DNA of 64,000 nucleotides from Antedon mediterranea (lineage: Eukaryota > Animalia > Echinodermata), in NCBI RefSeq assembly GCF_964355755.1, contig NC_092671.1, positions 5,456,001 through 5,520,000 of the forward strand, read 5' to 3'. Below, in pieces: positions 12,601 to 29,224 of the stretch. Each line of letters opens with the position of its first letter. The first letter of the stretch is position 1. Both the position numbers and the translations under genes were made by a program. The notes beneath the pieces are model-generated. The model searched no databases and was not told the origin of the DNA. It saw only the letters and a program-made list of their open reading frames with translations.

Positions 12601-15087
12601 CTGAATGAAGGAATATGCAACAAACAAGATGGATCGTGCACATGCACTAATGGTTGGAGTGGCGCGATATGTGATGTTGCATGTGGTGCTGATACTTACG
12701 GTGCCAATTGTCTTCAGACGTGTGCGTGTCAAAATGGTGCACAGTGCTCTAGAGTTGACGGAACGTGCTCTTGCACAAACGGCTGGATGTCTGACAACTG
12801 TGACGTACCTTGTCCAGAAGATAGATATGGTGCAAACTGCGTAAAGGTATGCCATTGTAAAAACCACGCAACGTGTGACCGATTTACGGGGGAATGCGAG
12901 TGCCAACATGGGTGGACTGGGGCTGTATGTGACACTCCATGCTCACCTGGTACATTTGGTTCAAATTGCAATCAACGGTGCAGGTGTACCAATGAAGCCA
13001 CTTGTTCGCCTGTCGATGGTAGCTGTAGTTGTGTTGCGGGGTGGACAGGTATTTTGTGTAATCAACAATGTGATGGTCTGCACTACGGAGTGAACTGTGC
13101 TCAACTATGTTCTTGTCAAAATCAAGGTACTTGTGATTCTTTCACTGGTGCTTGTGATTGTCCACCTGGGTGGCACGGCACCGTGTGTGACATAGCGTGC
13201 CCTAACAGACGATATGGCAAAAACTGTGAACAACTTTGTCGCTGCCAAAACCAAGCTGAATGTGATTCAACGGACGGCAGCTGCTCTTGTAAAGAAGGAT
13301 TTACTGGAAGATTCTGTGACACAGCATGCCAACAAGGCTCTTACGGTACTAACTGTATGTACACGTGTACATGCGAGAACGGTGCATCTTGTTCAAGATT
13401 TAATGGTGCATGTACATGTCCTCCTGGATGGTTCGGAGATTTATGCAACTTGGAATGTGCAGACAACACGTATGGTCTTCAATGCTTAGAGCAATGTGAT
13501 TGTCAAAACGGTGCTTCTTGTTCTCGGTTTGATGGTTCATGTACATGTGCACCAGGCTGGACTGGGCCTAAGTGCGATGTGGCCTGTAGGGATGGCTACT
13601 ATGGTGCGTATTGCACTCAGCGCTGTCGATGCACTCATGGCGGGACATGCTTGGCTACAACTGGTGAATGTAACTGCCCTGCAGGGTGGATGGGGCCATT
13701 GTGCGCCAATGCATGCCCAGAAGGACGCTATGGTATACGCTGTGCCCAAGGATGTCTTTGTCAAAACCAGGCGACTTGTAATCCTGTCAACGGAGAGTGT
13801 ACGTGTTTAACTGGATGGATTGGTACCTATTGTGAAACAAAGGGTAGGTTCTCTACCAAAATGTTTTTTTTAATTATTATTTATAATATTATTCCGTTTG
13901 ATGTTACCGACATATATGTATAATTGGTCGTTCAGTACCAGGGAGGTATACCTTCCTGGTCAGTACCGACAGCAGTATTACAAACTGATTGAATGATTAC
14001 TAAATTGCGCATGTGGTTTCTGTGTGCCGAAATTAGTTAAGGTTACTTGAATCGGCTTCGGCTTACTAAATTAAACAACAAATTGATTGACTGCCATTTA
14101 TAATTTTTATAACTATTCTTTTTTGATCGATTAGATATTGTTGGATTCAAACCATCTCAAATAATTTCGACAAAAGAAGTAACATGCTCTGAAGTAGCCG
14201 TGTATTATGAGGATGGTAAATATATATTCGAGTGTTTGGAAATACGGTACGTTTCAAATTGTCATAATAACAGACCTATTTATACTTATTCTGTAGTAAG
14301 TCAACTATTTAATACTAAATAAGTTCCTTTACTTTTCCCAATCAGCGTTGATGGGCTGAGATTCCCAAATGGTGTAACATGTCGGGAACGCTGGGTGGAT
14401 AGGATTCCAGATAAATCCGACGCCTACTTTCATATGCGTACTGATCACGTGGGTTTCTGTAGGACGATTCTAAACAACAATGACGAATACAGTAAAAGTG
14501 CTTTACATGTAAGTTCATCATAAACCCAGATTATCTCTTGCGCTATACACACTATAAAAACACAAATAAGAATAAATTTTATTAAATTGTTCGTAAGATG
14601 CTTGTTAAACAGGCTCAATACCAAAGTCTCCGTGTTAGCAGTACGTACATCAACATGAATTGAATTGAATAAATGCATAAGCACAAAGAGTCAGGGTGAA
14701 AATTTGGCTATTTTTATCCGTAAAAACAGGACACGACACCAGTGATTATGACGACGATATCGAATAAAAGGGAGACGGAAACAAGAATTTTACTCTGATT
14801 AATGATGAGATGACGACAGCATGACGACAAATCAATCGGTATCATGATGATCAATGTCGTAATTACGGATTAAAAAACAGAATCGTCGTTTAATACATTA
14901 GTCATTAATATATCTTTTAATATTTTACCAGAGCGTTCGAGTTGAAGTATCGTTCAAATGTGCTGAAACACGTGAATATCGGATCCAGTGGATGGACAAC
15001 ACATGGAATACAAAACAAGTCCAAGACGCTGGCTATGCCAACCATCTCAGATGTATAATCCAAGACTCTGAAATGACTGCGTACTAA
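6611..15087 (+). CDS. Secreted multiple-EGF-like-domains protein (MEGF6/MEGF10/Draper-like): signal peptide, EMI, EGF, 37 laminin-type EGF repeats, unrecognised C-terminal domain; 1869 aa, 8 exons
   Basis: join(6611..6723,7337..7435,7857..7957,8573..8668,9074..13843,14135..14246,14346..14508,14932..15087) = 5610 nt. All junctions GT-AG with consistent phases. N-terminus MLRYFIVIVVIVLSFGDLLWAA is a hydrophobic signal peptide. EMI motifs CGWKNLKTCTRYR and KCCTGY. AATAAA at ~15217. Confidence 0.9.
6832..6928 (+). pseudogene. Degenerate copy of exon-5 coding sequence (9955-10056) inside intron 1
   Basis: ggaagcctctgtgaacaccagtgtccaaagggaaaatacggcttaaattgtgtagaaaattatcagtgtaaaaatggagc aligns to ggaagcctctgtgaccagcagtgtccaaaaggaaaatacggcctaaattgtgtagagaattgtcagtgtaaaaatggagc. 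It has a Cys>Tyr change and a frame-breaking deletion. Confidence 0.85.
9074..13843 (+). CDS. Giant exon 5 (4770 nt) of the MEGF-like gene encoding 37 tandem ~43-aa 8-Cys EGF repeats
   Basis: Covers nearly all of ORF 9034..13923. Acceptor catacag|9074, donor 13843|gtaggt. Consensus CxxGx(Y/F)GxxCxxxCxCxNGAxCxxxDGxCxCxxGWxGxxCxxx counted 37 times. Confidence 0.95.
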
Positions 15088-15719
15088 TGAACATATTGAT
15101 AAATATCGATAACAAATTACTTTTTAAAAACTTGCTATACGTCGTTCTCAAGATGTACGATGTGTGTACCGTGCACAAATATATTTATATAAAAATCTAC
15201 AACATTATAGGGCCTAAATAAAAAAATTTATGATTTGCTCTATTTTGGTCAATTTACTTTTAGCAAAAGTATTTGATATTTTGTAGAAGTATTTAGTAGT
15301 TTTCATTGCATATATAATTATTTTGCTTAGAATAATAACAGAAGAATATTATTATACAGACTATTGTAGAATGAAATGGCATATAAGACAATTATATAAT
15401 ATTATTAATAGTTTGCTTCTTAATGGTTAATTACGGTATACTAAAATGAAACGAATCTCTGTTCCGAATTTCATTTCGCAATTAATAGCCTAGGCAATAA
15501 TCGAATATGTTTTTAGAAAATAAGTAAATCGGAATTAATACTAACGAAATGTCTGTTGGACTAAACAAAAAATCGTCGTTAAAAATAAAGTTAAAATGAT
15601 TATTAGAATCATAAATGTTACACGTAGTCCTTGTATAAAGACTTTGAAATAAAAAAAAATGTTCATTGAATATTTGTGGTGGCAGCAGATATCTTTCTTG
15701 TTAATGTTGTGTTTTTGTA

Positions 15720-15746
15720 CGTGACGTGTGTTGGCGCGGTTTGATT
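15720..15746 (+). promoter_or_regulatory. Candidate E2F-like site (TTGGCGCG, 15731-15738) and E-box/CRE-like GTGACGTG just upstream of the DHFR ATG
   Basis: cgtgacgtgtgttggcgcggtttgat lies 20-35 nt 5' of the ATG at 15758. Mammalian DHFR promoters carry a CGCGCCAA-containing E2F site at the TSS. Confidence 0.45.
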
Positions 15747-15757
15747 TAAAGTTCAAC

Positions 15758-19980
<4,223 letters not shown>

Positions 19981-21594
19981 ATCTCAGAAAACATAAAACA
20001 GTATAATAGTGGTACATAGTTTAGGGAATGAGCCAAGCACCTGAATGTAAGTGAAGTATAATCACATTTTGTATCTATGAGGTAGGTATTGAAAGACTGT
20101 TCTACTATTTCTGTTGTTCAATTTGAACATGTTATAGATAACAATAACAGCATCAACATGATGGTTATAAATACGCTGTTGATGTAAATTTGTTGTAAAT
20201 AAACAAATACAATGAATGTATTGTCGTAATCCATTGTCTAAAAAAGATAAGCTGTACAACAATGTACACTGAACTACTACTAACGATAGTGAAATGATAA
20301 AAAACAATCATGATCATGATGTAAGTGGGAGTTTATATGTTTATATTAATAATGACCAAAATACATTTATTTACTTTTTTATAGAATTGAAATAATATAC
20401 AATTTTTATATTAGTAATGATGAGTTAGGATTGTTTATCAAATATCCACAAGGTCTCATCAGCTCTGTTAATTCCTACACCTTATCTTGCCTTTAATTCA
20501 TTTCAACTTTATTTATCCACGGAGACCCAGATCAACATATGGTTGTTCTTTCCCGAGTCTGTGCACATTAAAAAATACAAAGATGTACAGTATAAAAATT
20601 GTTTTTTAAATGATTGTGGCGTTTTGTTCCAGTACCAAGATTATTCCATTCTAGTACAGTACAGCAATGTACACCTTTACTTTTTTAGTGCAACACTTTA
20701 AACAAACTAGAAGCAACATAAAAGCAATCTGGAATTTTCTTGTGTCATACCTTTTTCCCACTGTTATGCATGATAAATGTTAATTAACGAAGGATCGTAA
20801 TTAATGTTCAAGATTGATTGATTGATCCTGTCATTTTACGAATGATTGATTGTTTCACATGATCGGTTTACTGTAAAGAAATGAACCAACCTATTTTGTA
20901 TTTAATACGGAAAAATTGACGGTTTATGAATCAAGTATTCTTTCTTTTATGTAGGGCAAGTTCTTGTTCTCACACTAAATCTAGGTTACGTTAGACGTGT
21001 GTAATTCTACTGCATAATCTATCAATTGAATTTACATTATAAACACAAAGTGTACCCTTTTTGTAAATTGGATATAACAATAACTAATATACTGTAACAC
21101 TTTTACTATTATCTATCGTAAATTTATGTTTATTTTGTATATTAAAACTAACATTGCCTAAATGTGTACTTATTGTTAATTTTTTGGACAAAAGTCGAAT
21201 GAATATTTTATTTCTAAACAATCAAAATTAAAAATATCTTTGGTAAACACAATACCTTTTGTGCATTTAATGTGTCTAGCCTCATACAAGAAACATGTTT
21301 GCTTCCCTCTGTTGTTATTGGCAAGTTTTTATTTATGACCTTGTTTCACACGTTCTCTACATCTAAAGGGATTATAATTGGATACACTGTTACCCTTTAT
21401 TCATACCCAATCCCATGATTCTTTGGTTAAATTCTGGCACCATATATCTTGTGAAAAAAAAGCATGACTTTTATTTAATAGTACATGATTTTATTATTAT
21501 TAAGCTTATGTGGCACCCTACTAAAAACAGAGAACCTAACAATACACTAACAATAAACTACTGGATAAAAAAAATGTCTTCAGATGACATTTAA

Positions 21595-22220
21595 AGACCC
21601 CTTCCCTGCAATTTTGGACGTTTTTTGGAAAATAATACATATATATCACTTTAAAAACATTAAACCATGTCATTTCTTGTCTTAAATGTACGTTTTATGG
21701 TAAATTATGATAAAAAGTGAGAAACAATGCACTACCTAAGTAGCTCGCGGCGATCGACCTCTCGTGGACGGTCTTAGGCCTAGCCTAGCTAGGCTTAGTT
21801 TTGTAGGCCTAGCTGGTAAACATCGGTAACGTACGAACATCGTACGCGAGCTATATACCTAGCCTGACGTTGTATAGTTGCTGCATTAATTGTCTTTCTA
21901 TTTTTGCCAGACTCCGTTGATACAAATTGGGGAAAACCCGGTATTTTCGCTGAAAAGTTAGGAGTCTTCCATTTGTTTTGGCCTCACGATCGATCGAAAA
22001 GTGGGCGAATTACAGGTGAAAACCAAAAATATCAATCCGCGCGCAATGCATTTTGGGATTTATAGCGGGCCGCTATAATTATTAGAATCGACTTATTTTT
22101 CACATTTTTAACAGTTTAAAGACGAAAAAAGTTATCGCAATAGGACCATATAGTATTATTTTTACATTAAATATAGTTTGTGATCTTAAATTAGATCTAA
22201 AAAACGTAGGGAATGGGGCT
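21595..22220. mobile_element. MITE with TTAA TSD and AG..CT termini (Kolobok-like)
   Basis: ttaa|agaccccttccctgcaatttt ... aaaacgtagggaatggggct|ttaa. CpG-rich interior. Confidence 0.75.
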
Positions 22221-22778
22221 TTAAATAGAGGTGCTGAATTTGTTTCTCTCACATAAACATTCCAAATCAGGGCCCTAGACATCTGAAATTTTTAATTTTC
22301 ACCAAAAATTCCCCAGCACAGATTGTCATATTTTATATTGCTACGGCCTTGCAGATGCGCGGAGCGGCGACAGAAAAAGCCTTTTATAATTAGAATGATA
22401 GTGACTATAACTATTAAATGCAATTAAATACTGTAAATAAAATAGTACTCAACCATTTGGTTATTACTTGTCAAAGTAATATAAAAAGGGAAAGCACAAG
22501 AATAATCACATGCAGTTTTATCTTTTTCTGAGGATTATGGCCCTCATTTAGAGTGCAAAATACTTTAAAATATCAAGGTTATTATAATTAAATTACATAT
22601 TAATAGTTTGCCTTAGGTTGTAGATCTGTATTCTTCTTCCCTGGTCAATTTGCAAGCTTTTAAATCTGATGTGTTCTTAATTACATTCATTATTCTGTGT
22701 GCATATTGTACATATTGCTTGCATATGCAGCAGTAACTACAGTATCATTCCATAATTTGACTTTTAAAATTGGTTTAA

Positions 22779-23113
22779 AGATGTATTGTCCTCCTGAAAA
22801 ATTATTTTTTCAATTTTTGTTGTTGAATATGCCATTTTAATGTCACATAATAGTTATCCGATTTGACCAAAATTGGATCTAAAAACAATTTATTTACCTG
22901 AAAAAACTGTAATTTAAAGCAAAAAATGGTCAAATTTGCTGCCAGCCAATTGATTTTTGGTTGAATTTAACCATTTATTTATAAGTGAAAACACTATTTT
23001 TTGAGGTTTTATTTCTACGGATTAACTTTATTGATAATACAAAATAACCTATTCAAAGTCTGATTTAATTAATCTTCATTTTTTATGTTTTTGGGGGACA
23101 ATACAGTACATCT
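22779..23113. mobile_element. MITE with TTAA TSD and AG..CT termini (Kolobok-like)
   Basis: ttaa|agatgtattgtcctcc ... gggggacaatac[agtac]atct|ttaa. The right TIR carries a 5-nt insertion. Confidence 0.75.
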
Positions 23114-23404
23114 TTAAATTAATCTGCTATTTATTGGAAGCTTACATTATTTTATATGACTTTGCAGGCATAGATTCCATAATAATCTAAACTGCCCAGT
23201 GATAATAGTAGTAAGTACAGTAATTATTTATTTAGAAATAGTGAAGTTGAGGAAATCTGTGCGAATGAAAGCGAAGCTTCCCCAACTGAGATTTAAGCCC
23301 GGAATGTTCTGCTTAATATGCACCCTACCATTAGACCAATGGTTGTTTCATGGGATACTTCAAATTCGATTGGCTAGCCTTGAAAGAAATCAGGATTCCT
23401 TCAT

Positions 23405-24973
23405 TAGGTGATCATTTAGAATAAAATGATCACCTATTGTTATTGTATAAAATCTTTATTATTATTCTTCTTTCTGTACACTTTTTGTTCGTCAAATATC
23501 TCAAAAAGTTGAATGGCAATGATCACAAAAATTTCACAATGTCTTTCAAATACTTTAACTTAGCCATAATAAGCTTTTCAGCATGATCTCTCACCCGTGA
23601 CGTCACGTATACGCCATTTTGTGAAATCACATTATCAATCATATATCCATAATTCATTATCACATATTTATGAAATTCACTACACGTAAACTTCAGGTCA
23701 AGGGTAAAAATATTAGCAAGTAAAAACGCGCGCGCACGTAGGGTCATGCGCGTGGAATCGCGCAGTAAAAATTTAAAAAGCTCAAAATTACGTTTTAATC
23801 AATTTAGAGCATGAATTAGGCCAATTGCGTGTTTCAAAAAATTACTGCGCAAAAAAAATATTTTGCGCGCGCGATACTTACAAAGCGTAAAAATTGCAAT
23901 TTTTTTATACAAATCGCGTTCTACTCACCATCCTTAGTACATTCACCAAATTTGAGTCAGTTCCGACTTAAAATAACGCTATACGAGCAGGTTAAAAATA
24001 ACAAAATGCGCAAATTAATTGCATCAAAGTGCTGAAAATGGTGAAAAATAAGGCCTTTTTAAATGAATATAACTCTTCAGAATGGCAGGTGACCCCCAAT
24101 TTTTTTAACTTATTCGGGAAGCCATTGGGTTGTAGATACATATTCATGTACACATTAGACGTACAAAATGGTATGACGTCATCAAATGGCCACTTCAATT
24201 TAAAAATTAGTAATTTTTATCTTTTTGTGTGGGTTATCACATTCAATAGAGCGCATCTCCGTTATTTGAGCCCGATTTTCGCCGAAATTTTAGTATGTGC
24301 TTGCTCAATTAATTATCTTTCTCAAGAGTTGTCAACATTTTTATTTTGATGACGTCATCATGTGTAAAAACTTTAATAACCAAGGTCGTGTAATTTCAGC
24401 TACACCATACATTTGAATATGTTATAGCTCTTCAGAATTAAAGGTGACCTTGAAGATTATAATTTATTATGAAAGCTGAATAAATGTAGATATGAATTCA
24501 TATAAAAATTAAGCCCATCGGATGTTGTGATGTTATCATATGGCCAGTTGAAGTTAAAACGTTGTTTTTAAATTTCTTTAGTCAAAGTTATACAAATTTC
24601 AAAGAGCGCGCATTGCGCTTCTACGTGTCAAATTATCTTCCAATCCTTATATTTATTTGCTCAATTCATTATCTTTCGAAATTGTCATCTTCGAGTTTAT
24701 TTTGATAATTCCATCGTACTAAAAAATTTGAACATGATGTGGGTCCCGTAATTTCACCTATGCTACACTGTATGTAGATATACAGTATATACTGTACATA
24801 TTGTATATGACACATGAGAGGCACAACTCAGCACTATAGCGTATATCAGGATGGTAAACATCAACATTTTCCTATTGTATGTTAACGTACGTGCATGTTT
24901 AAAAAATATTAATGTCAGTAAAGCAATAAAAATGATCACCTATAATTCGTCAAAGTGACGAATTAAATTCTAG
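23405..24973 (+). mobile_element. Full-length non-autonomous Helentron/HINE-like element, subfamily A (~1.57 kb)
   Basis: 5' hairpin taggtgatcattt-agaat-aaaatgatcaccta, then a (tta)/(ttc) microsatellite. 3' subterminal repeat aaaatgatcaccta, stem-loop taattcgtca-aag-tgacgaatta, terminal CTAG then TT. No TSD and no transposase ORF. Confidence 0.85.
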
Positions 24974-26779
24974 TTTTTATCTTGTGATTGCCTGAGATTG
25001 ATTGCATTTCATCTGCCACATTCATTCAACTTGTTACATACATCTTCAAATTAAAATTTTAAAGAACAAAATTTCAAATATTAGTTATTTAGTTATTTAC
25101 ACAGTGTGTAAATTTTACTGTTTGAATTAGTAATTTTCATTCATTCTTGTACCTAGTAGGAAAGAACATGAAAAGGATCCTGAAAAAATAATCTTTACTC
25201 CTAAAAAAAAAAATGAAAATGAACGATTTTTCACATTTTATTAATTTAAGTTTTGTTTACTACAGTATTTAAATAAAAACTATTTAAACACCTTTTAACT
25301 TTTGTATTGTTTTAGTTAAGTACTTTTCACTTTTTTGACTTTAGTAATTGTTTGTTGTTTTTTAAATCGTTTTGTATACTGAAACGACCTTGTTAAAAAC
25401 GCTATATTGTGTAAGTGATCAAGTTTTCTGTTTTCAAATAAAGTACAGTAATTATATTAAAGGTTGAGTTTAAGTTATATTAGAATTTGCATTTAATGTA
25501 TAATTCAATTCAGTGGCACTTGTGTGCTTTTATCCAAATGTCTGCCATAACAAATTTTCAAGCATTTAACATTCATAGTTTTGCTTACCTCAACGATATC
25601 AATCCATTATACGCAATTGTAAAAACTTATTAAGAATGATGTATTATCTTACTAAATATTAAAGTGAAACTCATTAAAAAATCTATTTATCTTAACTTCA
25701 ATTTACCCATTTTTTATTTGCTTTACCTAATTCTAATATTTCAATTATGCGACCTAGATTTTACCAATGTCGCCCACGGGACTACGAACCTGTTATTGCA
25801 TGTATTACATCAGAAATCTTTTAATGTCTCGTCAAGGAGTAACAGAGAAAAGAATTCATGCGTAGGTTGAGTGACAGAATTGGTATCACAAAGCAACCCT
25901 TGATAAACTTATTGGTAAGAAAATTACGATGGGTGCAGTCTTGTCCCACTAAATTGTTTGTCATTAATATGGCCTAGTATGTACATTACACAAGAGAAAT
26001 GCAAAACAAAGAACAAAAACGATAGATATACTTTTGCATAGCAGGTCTTGAAAAAATGTTTTTCGGTCTGTTTTTCATTAATATTTTAATTTGAAAATTG
26101 ATCCCAGTTTCAATTTGTTTGAATTTTACTGTAAAATTTCAGTGTTCATAAATGTGACATTATAAAAAGAAGTATAGCTGACAGAATTCTCAGCTATTAA
26201 TTATGTTACAAGACACATGTGTTGATCATGTTGCATTGATGACAATTGAACCTAGAAATGTCCTTATAATTATTAATAAATATTTGAATCATTAAACCTA
26301 TATATCTGGATTTTATAATGATAACAGTATATCACTTAACAACAGACTTCTGTTTTAACTTTGGGTAACTTGTTTGTAACTACTATATTTAGGTCCTGAT
26401 TCTGCTACATAAAAATAACTGTGTGAATAATTTAACCCCAATTTCTTGGAAGCAAAAACAGGACAATTTTTTAGTAACCGGTTCAATGGCAGAGCAAAAA
26501 TAGCGGTTAAAAAGACCCATTCAATTCGGTGTTAGAACGCCATTTAACCAGTTGTTGCTGGGCAACTTTTAGCTGCAATACGGTTATTTGATTGACAGCT
26601 GCTGACCTTGAGTCAACTACACTGCAGTAACATTTGAATTAACCGCCAGAGCCCATTGCATTTTGGGTAACGCTAACAACTTCTGTCAATGACCACCCAC
26701 TGATTTAAACGGTTATTTTGGAGCAAATTGAGCAGAAATGCAGTCAATATAAAAATTACATTATAAATCTATTTTGAAA

Positions 26780-27663
26780 CTAGAATTTAATTCGTCACTT
26801 TGACGAATTATAGGTGATCATTTTTATCGCTTTACTGACATTAATATTTTTTAAACATGCACGTACGTTAACATACAATAGGAAAATGTTGATGTATACC
26901 ATCCTGATATACGCTATAGTGCTGAGTTGTGCCTATCATGTGTCATATACAATATGTACAGTATATACTGTATATCTATATACAGTGTAGCATAGGTGAA
27001 ATTACGGGACCCACATCATGTTCAAATTTTTTGGTACGATGGAATTATCAAAATAAACTCGAAGATGACAATTTCGAAAGATAATGAATTGAGCAAATAA
27101 ATATAAGGATTGGAAGATAATTTGACACGTAGAAGCGCAATGCGCGCTCTTTGAAATTTGTATAACTTTGACTAAAGAAATTTAAAAACAACGTTTTAAC
27201 TTCAACTGGCCATATGATAACATCACAACATCCGATGGGCTTAATTTTTATATGAATTCATATCTACATTTATTCAGCTTTCATAATAAATTATAATCTT
27301 CAAGGTCACCTTTAATTATGAAGAGCTATAACATATTCAAATGTATGGTGTAGCTGAAATTACACGACCTTGGTTATTAAAGTGTTTACACATGATGACG
27401 TCATCAAAATAAAAATGTTCACAACTCTTGAGAAAGATAATTAATTGAGCAAGCACATACTAAAATTTCGGCGAAAATGGGGCTCAAATAACGGAGATGC
27501 GCTCTATTGAATGTGATAACCCACACAAAAAGATAAAAATTACTAATTTTTAAATTGAAGTGGCCATTTGATGACGTCATACCATTTTGTACGTCTAATG
27601 TGTACATGAATATGTATCTACAACCCAATGGCTTCCCGAATAAGTTAAAAAAATTGGGGGTCA
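26780..27663 (-). mobile_element. 5'-truncated subfamily A element, near-identical inverted copy of ~24090-24973
   Basis: Begins ctagaatttaattcgtcactttgacgaattataggtgatcattt and matches the reverse complement of the 23.4-25.0 kb copy until gggggtca at 27663. Confidence 0.9.
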
Positions 27664-28680
27664 TGTTGAACCCACAAATGTAAAAACGCCCACAAATGTG
27701 AAAACAACCAGAAATGTGAAAACGCATCACCCACAAATGTGAAAACAACCACAAATGTGAAAACGCATCACCCACAAATGTGAAAACAACCACAAATGTG
27801 AAAACGCATCAACCACAAATGTAATAAACAGCGCCCACAAATGTGAGAACGATCATCGCCCACAAATGTGATAACGCCCACAAATGTAAAATAAAATGAG
27901 AATTTTTCGGCCACAAATGTAAAAAAAAAAATCAGATCAAATTTAATGCTAGACTCAAACAATTTTGATCGAGGTACTACATTATATCATGATTGTATTG
28001 AGTTGTTTCAATAATTGTTTGTTCACGATACGTCTGTTAGGGTCGTGGTTAACGCGTTGGATTATTATAATTTGCTGCTCATGCGCGCGATATTTGCACG
28101 TTAACTCGTTTGTTTAATGAACGTAATAGTTCAAGACAATATTTGTTATTTGCTGCGCGCGTGCACCATACTTCAAGGTCAAGGCCATGTTATATCATTG
28201 TTGCTTCTAGTGTGTGGTTGTTGGCTTACTATTATGTACGTATAGTTATAAGTCGATGTTCGATGTTTTTTTTTGCGCGTGCACACGATACTAAAAGGTC
28301 AAGGTTAAATTGCTACTTGTATGTAGTTATGTGGTTATTAACTCGTTGGCTTACTGTGATGTACGTATAGTTCAAGTCGATGCTCGATTCGATGTTTTTG
28401 TGCGCGTACACGATACCACAAGGTCAAGTTCATATACTATTGCTACTTGTGGTTGTTAATTCGTTGGCTTATTGTTTGTTATGTTCGTATAGTTCCAAGT
28501 CGATGTTCGATTCGATGTTTTTTGTGCGCGTGCACGATACTACAAAGGTCATGACTTGTATACCATTGCTACTTGTGGTGTGTGGTTGTTAACTCGTTGG
28601 CTTACTGATATGTACGTATAGTTTCAAGTCGAAGTTCGATGTTTTGCGCGCGTGCACGATACTACAAGGTCAAGGTTTTT
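27664..28680. mobile_element. One end of a putative TGT-terminated DNA element with subterminal (ccacaaatgtgaaaa) repeats and an internal ~120-bp minisatellite
   Basis: Abrupt start TGTTGAACCCACAAATGT. About 12 units of 19-23 bp at 27669-27921. Then 4-5 degenerate ~120-bp units (gtgcacgatact..aaggtca..ttaactcgttggcttact..gtacgtatagttcaagtcgatg) at 28130-28680. Opposite terminus not found, so the right boundary is approximate. Confidence 0.55.
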
Positions 28681-29025
28681 ATACAGTGTCGGTGGATGAT
28701 GTATAACGAAAGTTCTGTGAAATTAGACATTTTGTTGGTAGACAATAATGACAATTTTGTAGTTTGTGTTTTTTTTATTATATTGTGTGCAGTATTAAAT
28801 TTAAAAGAAGAAGAAGCTGTAAAACCCACAAATTATATAATTTATAATGTATAAGTTCTATATATTAGGTTCTAACAATAACACAATATCCTTTCAATAT
28901 TATTGTAATGACATACCCTAGCTAGTATGTGTAGCCTATACTATGTATTGAAGATGCATACGCGCTTTCTATTGTCTATAATCTGATGTCTGTACACACG
29001 CAGTAGGGATTCCCCAGCAAGATGT

Positions 29026-29224
29026 CTAAAGGGCCTTTCACACCTGTTCCGGCACGGTTCTGGTCTGGCAAATCGAACACCAATGTTTCGTTTTTACGAC
29101 GCTCCACGCGGCCAAGCACCAATCGATATGCGCGTAGCCGCGTGAAAACGAAACATTGACGTTCGATTGGATTTGCCGTCGCCGGACCGGAACCGTGCCG
29201 GAGCAGGTGTGAAAGGCCCTTTAG
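29026..29224. mobile_element. ~200-bp hairpin MITE (PIF/Harbinger-like)
   Basis: ctaaagggcctttcacacctgttccggcacggttc ... gaaccgtgccggagcaggtgtgaaaggccctttag, nearly fully self-complementary. Confidence 0.85.

Noticed and set aside
9095-13810. Numerous overlapping alternative-frame and antisense ORFs (up to 217 aa)
   Set aside because: By-products of the TGT/TGC-rich repetitive EGF exon; no recognisable domains or splice support.
9034-13923. The 1629-aa ORF as a stand-alone intronless gene
   Set aside because: It starts at GTG within intronic sequence and its tail (GRFSTKMFFLIII...) is intron read-through. Splice sites at 9074 and 13843 link it to flanking exons.
23270-23345. Possible tRNA gene on the minus strand (similar traces at ~18342-18375 and ~49955-50030)
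   Set aside because: A/B boxes are degenerate and no cloverleaf can be built; more likely decayed SINE heads.
27669-27921. CRISPR-like short repeats or coding repeat ORF (27419-27962)
   Set aside because: Contiguous 19-23-bp tandem units without unique spacers; the ORFs are repeat artefacts.
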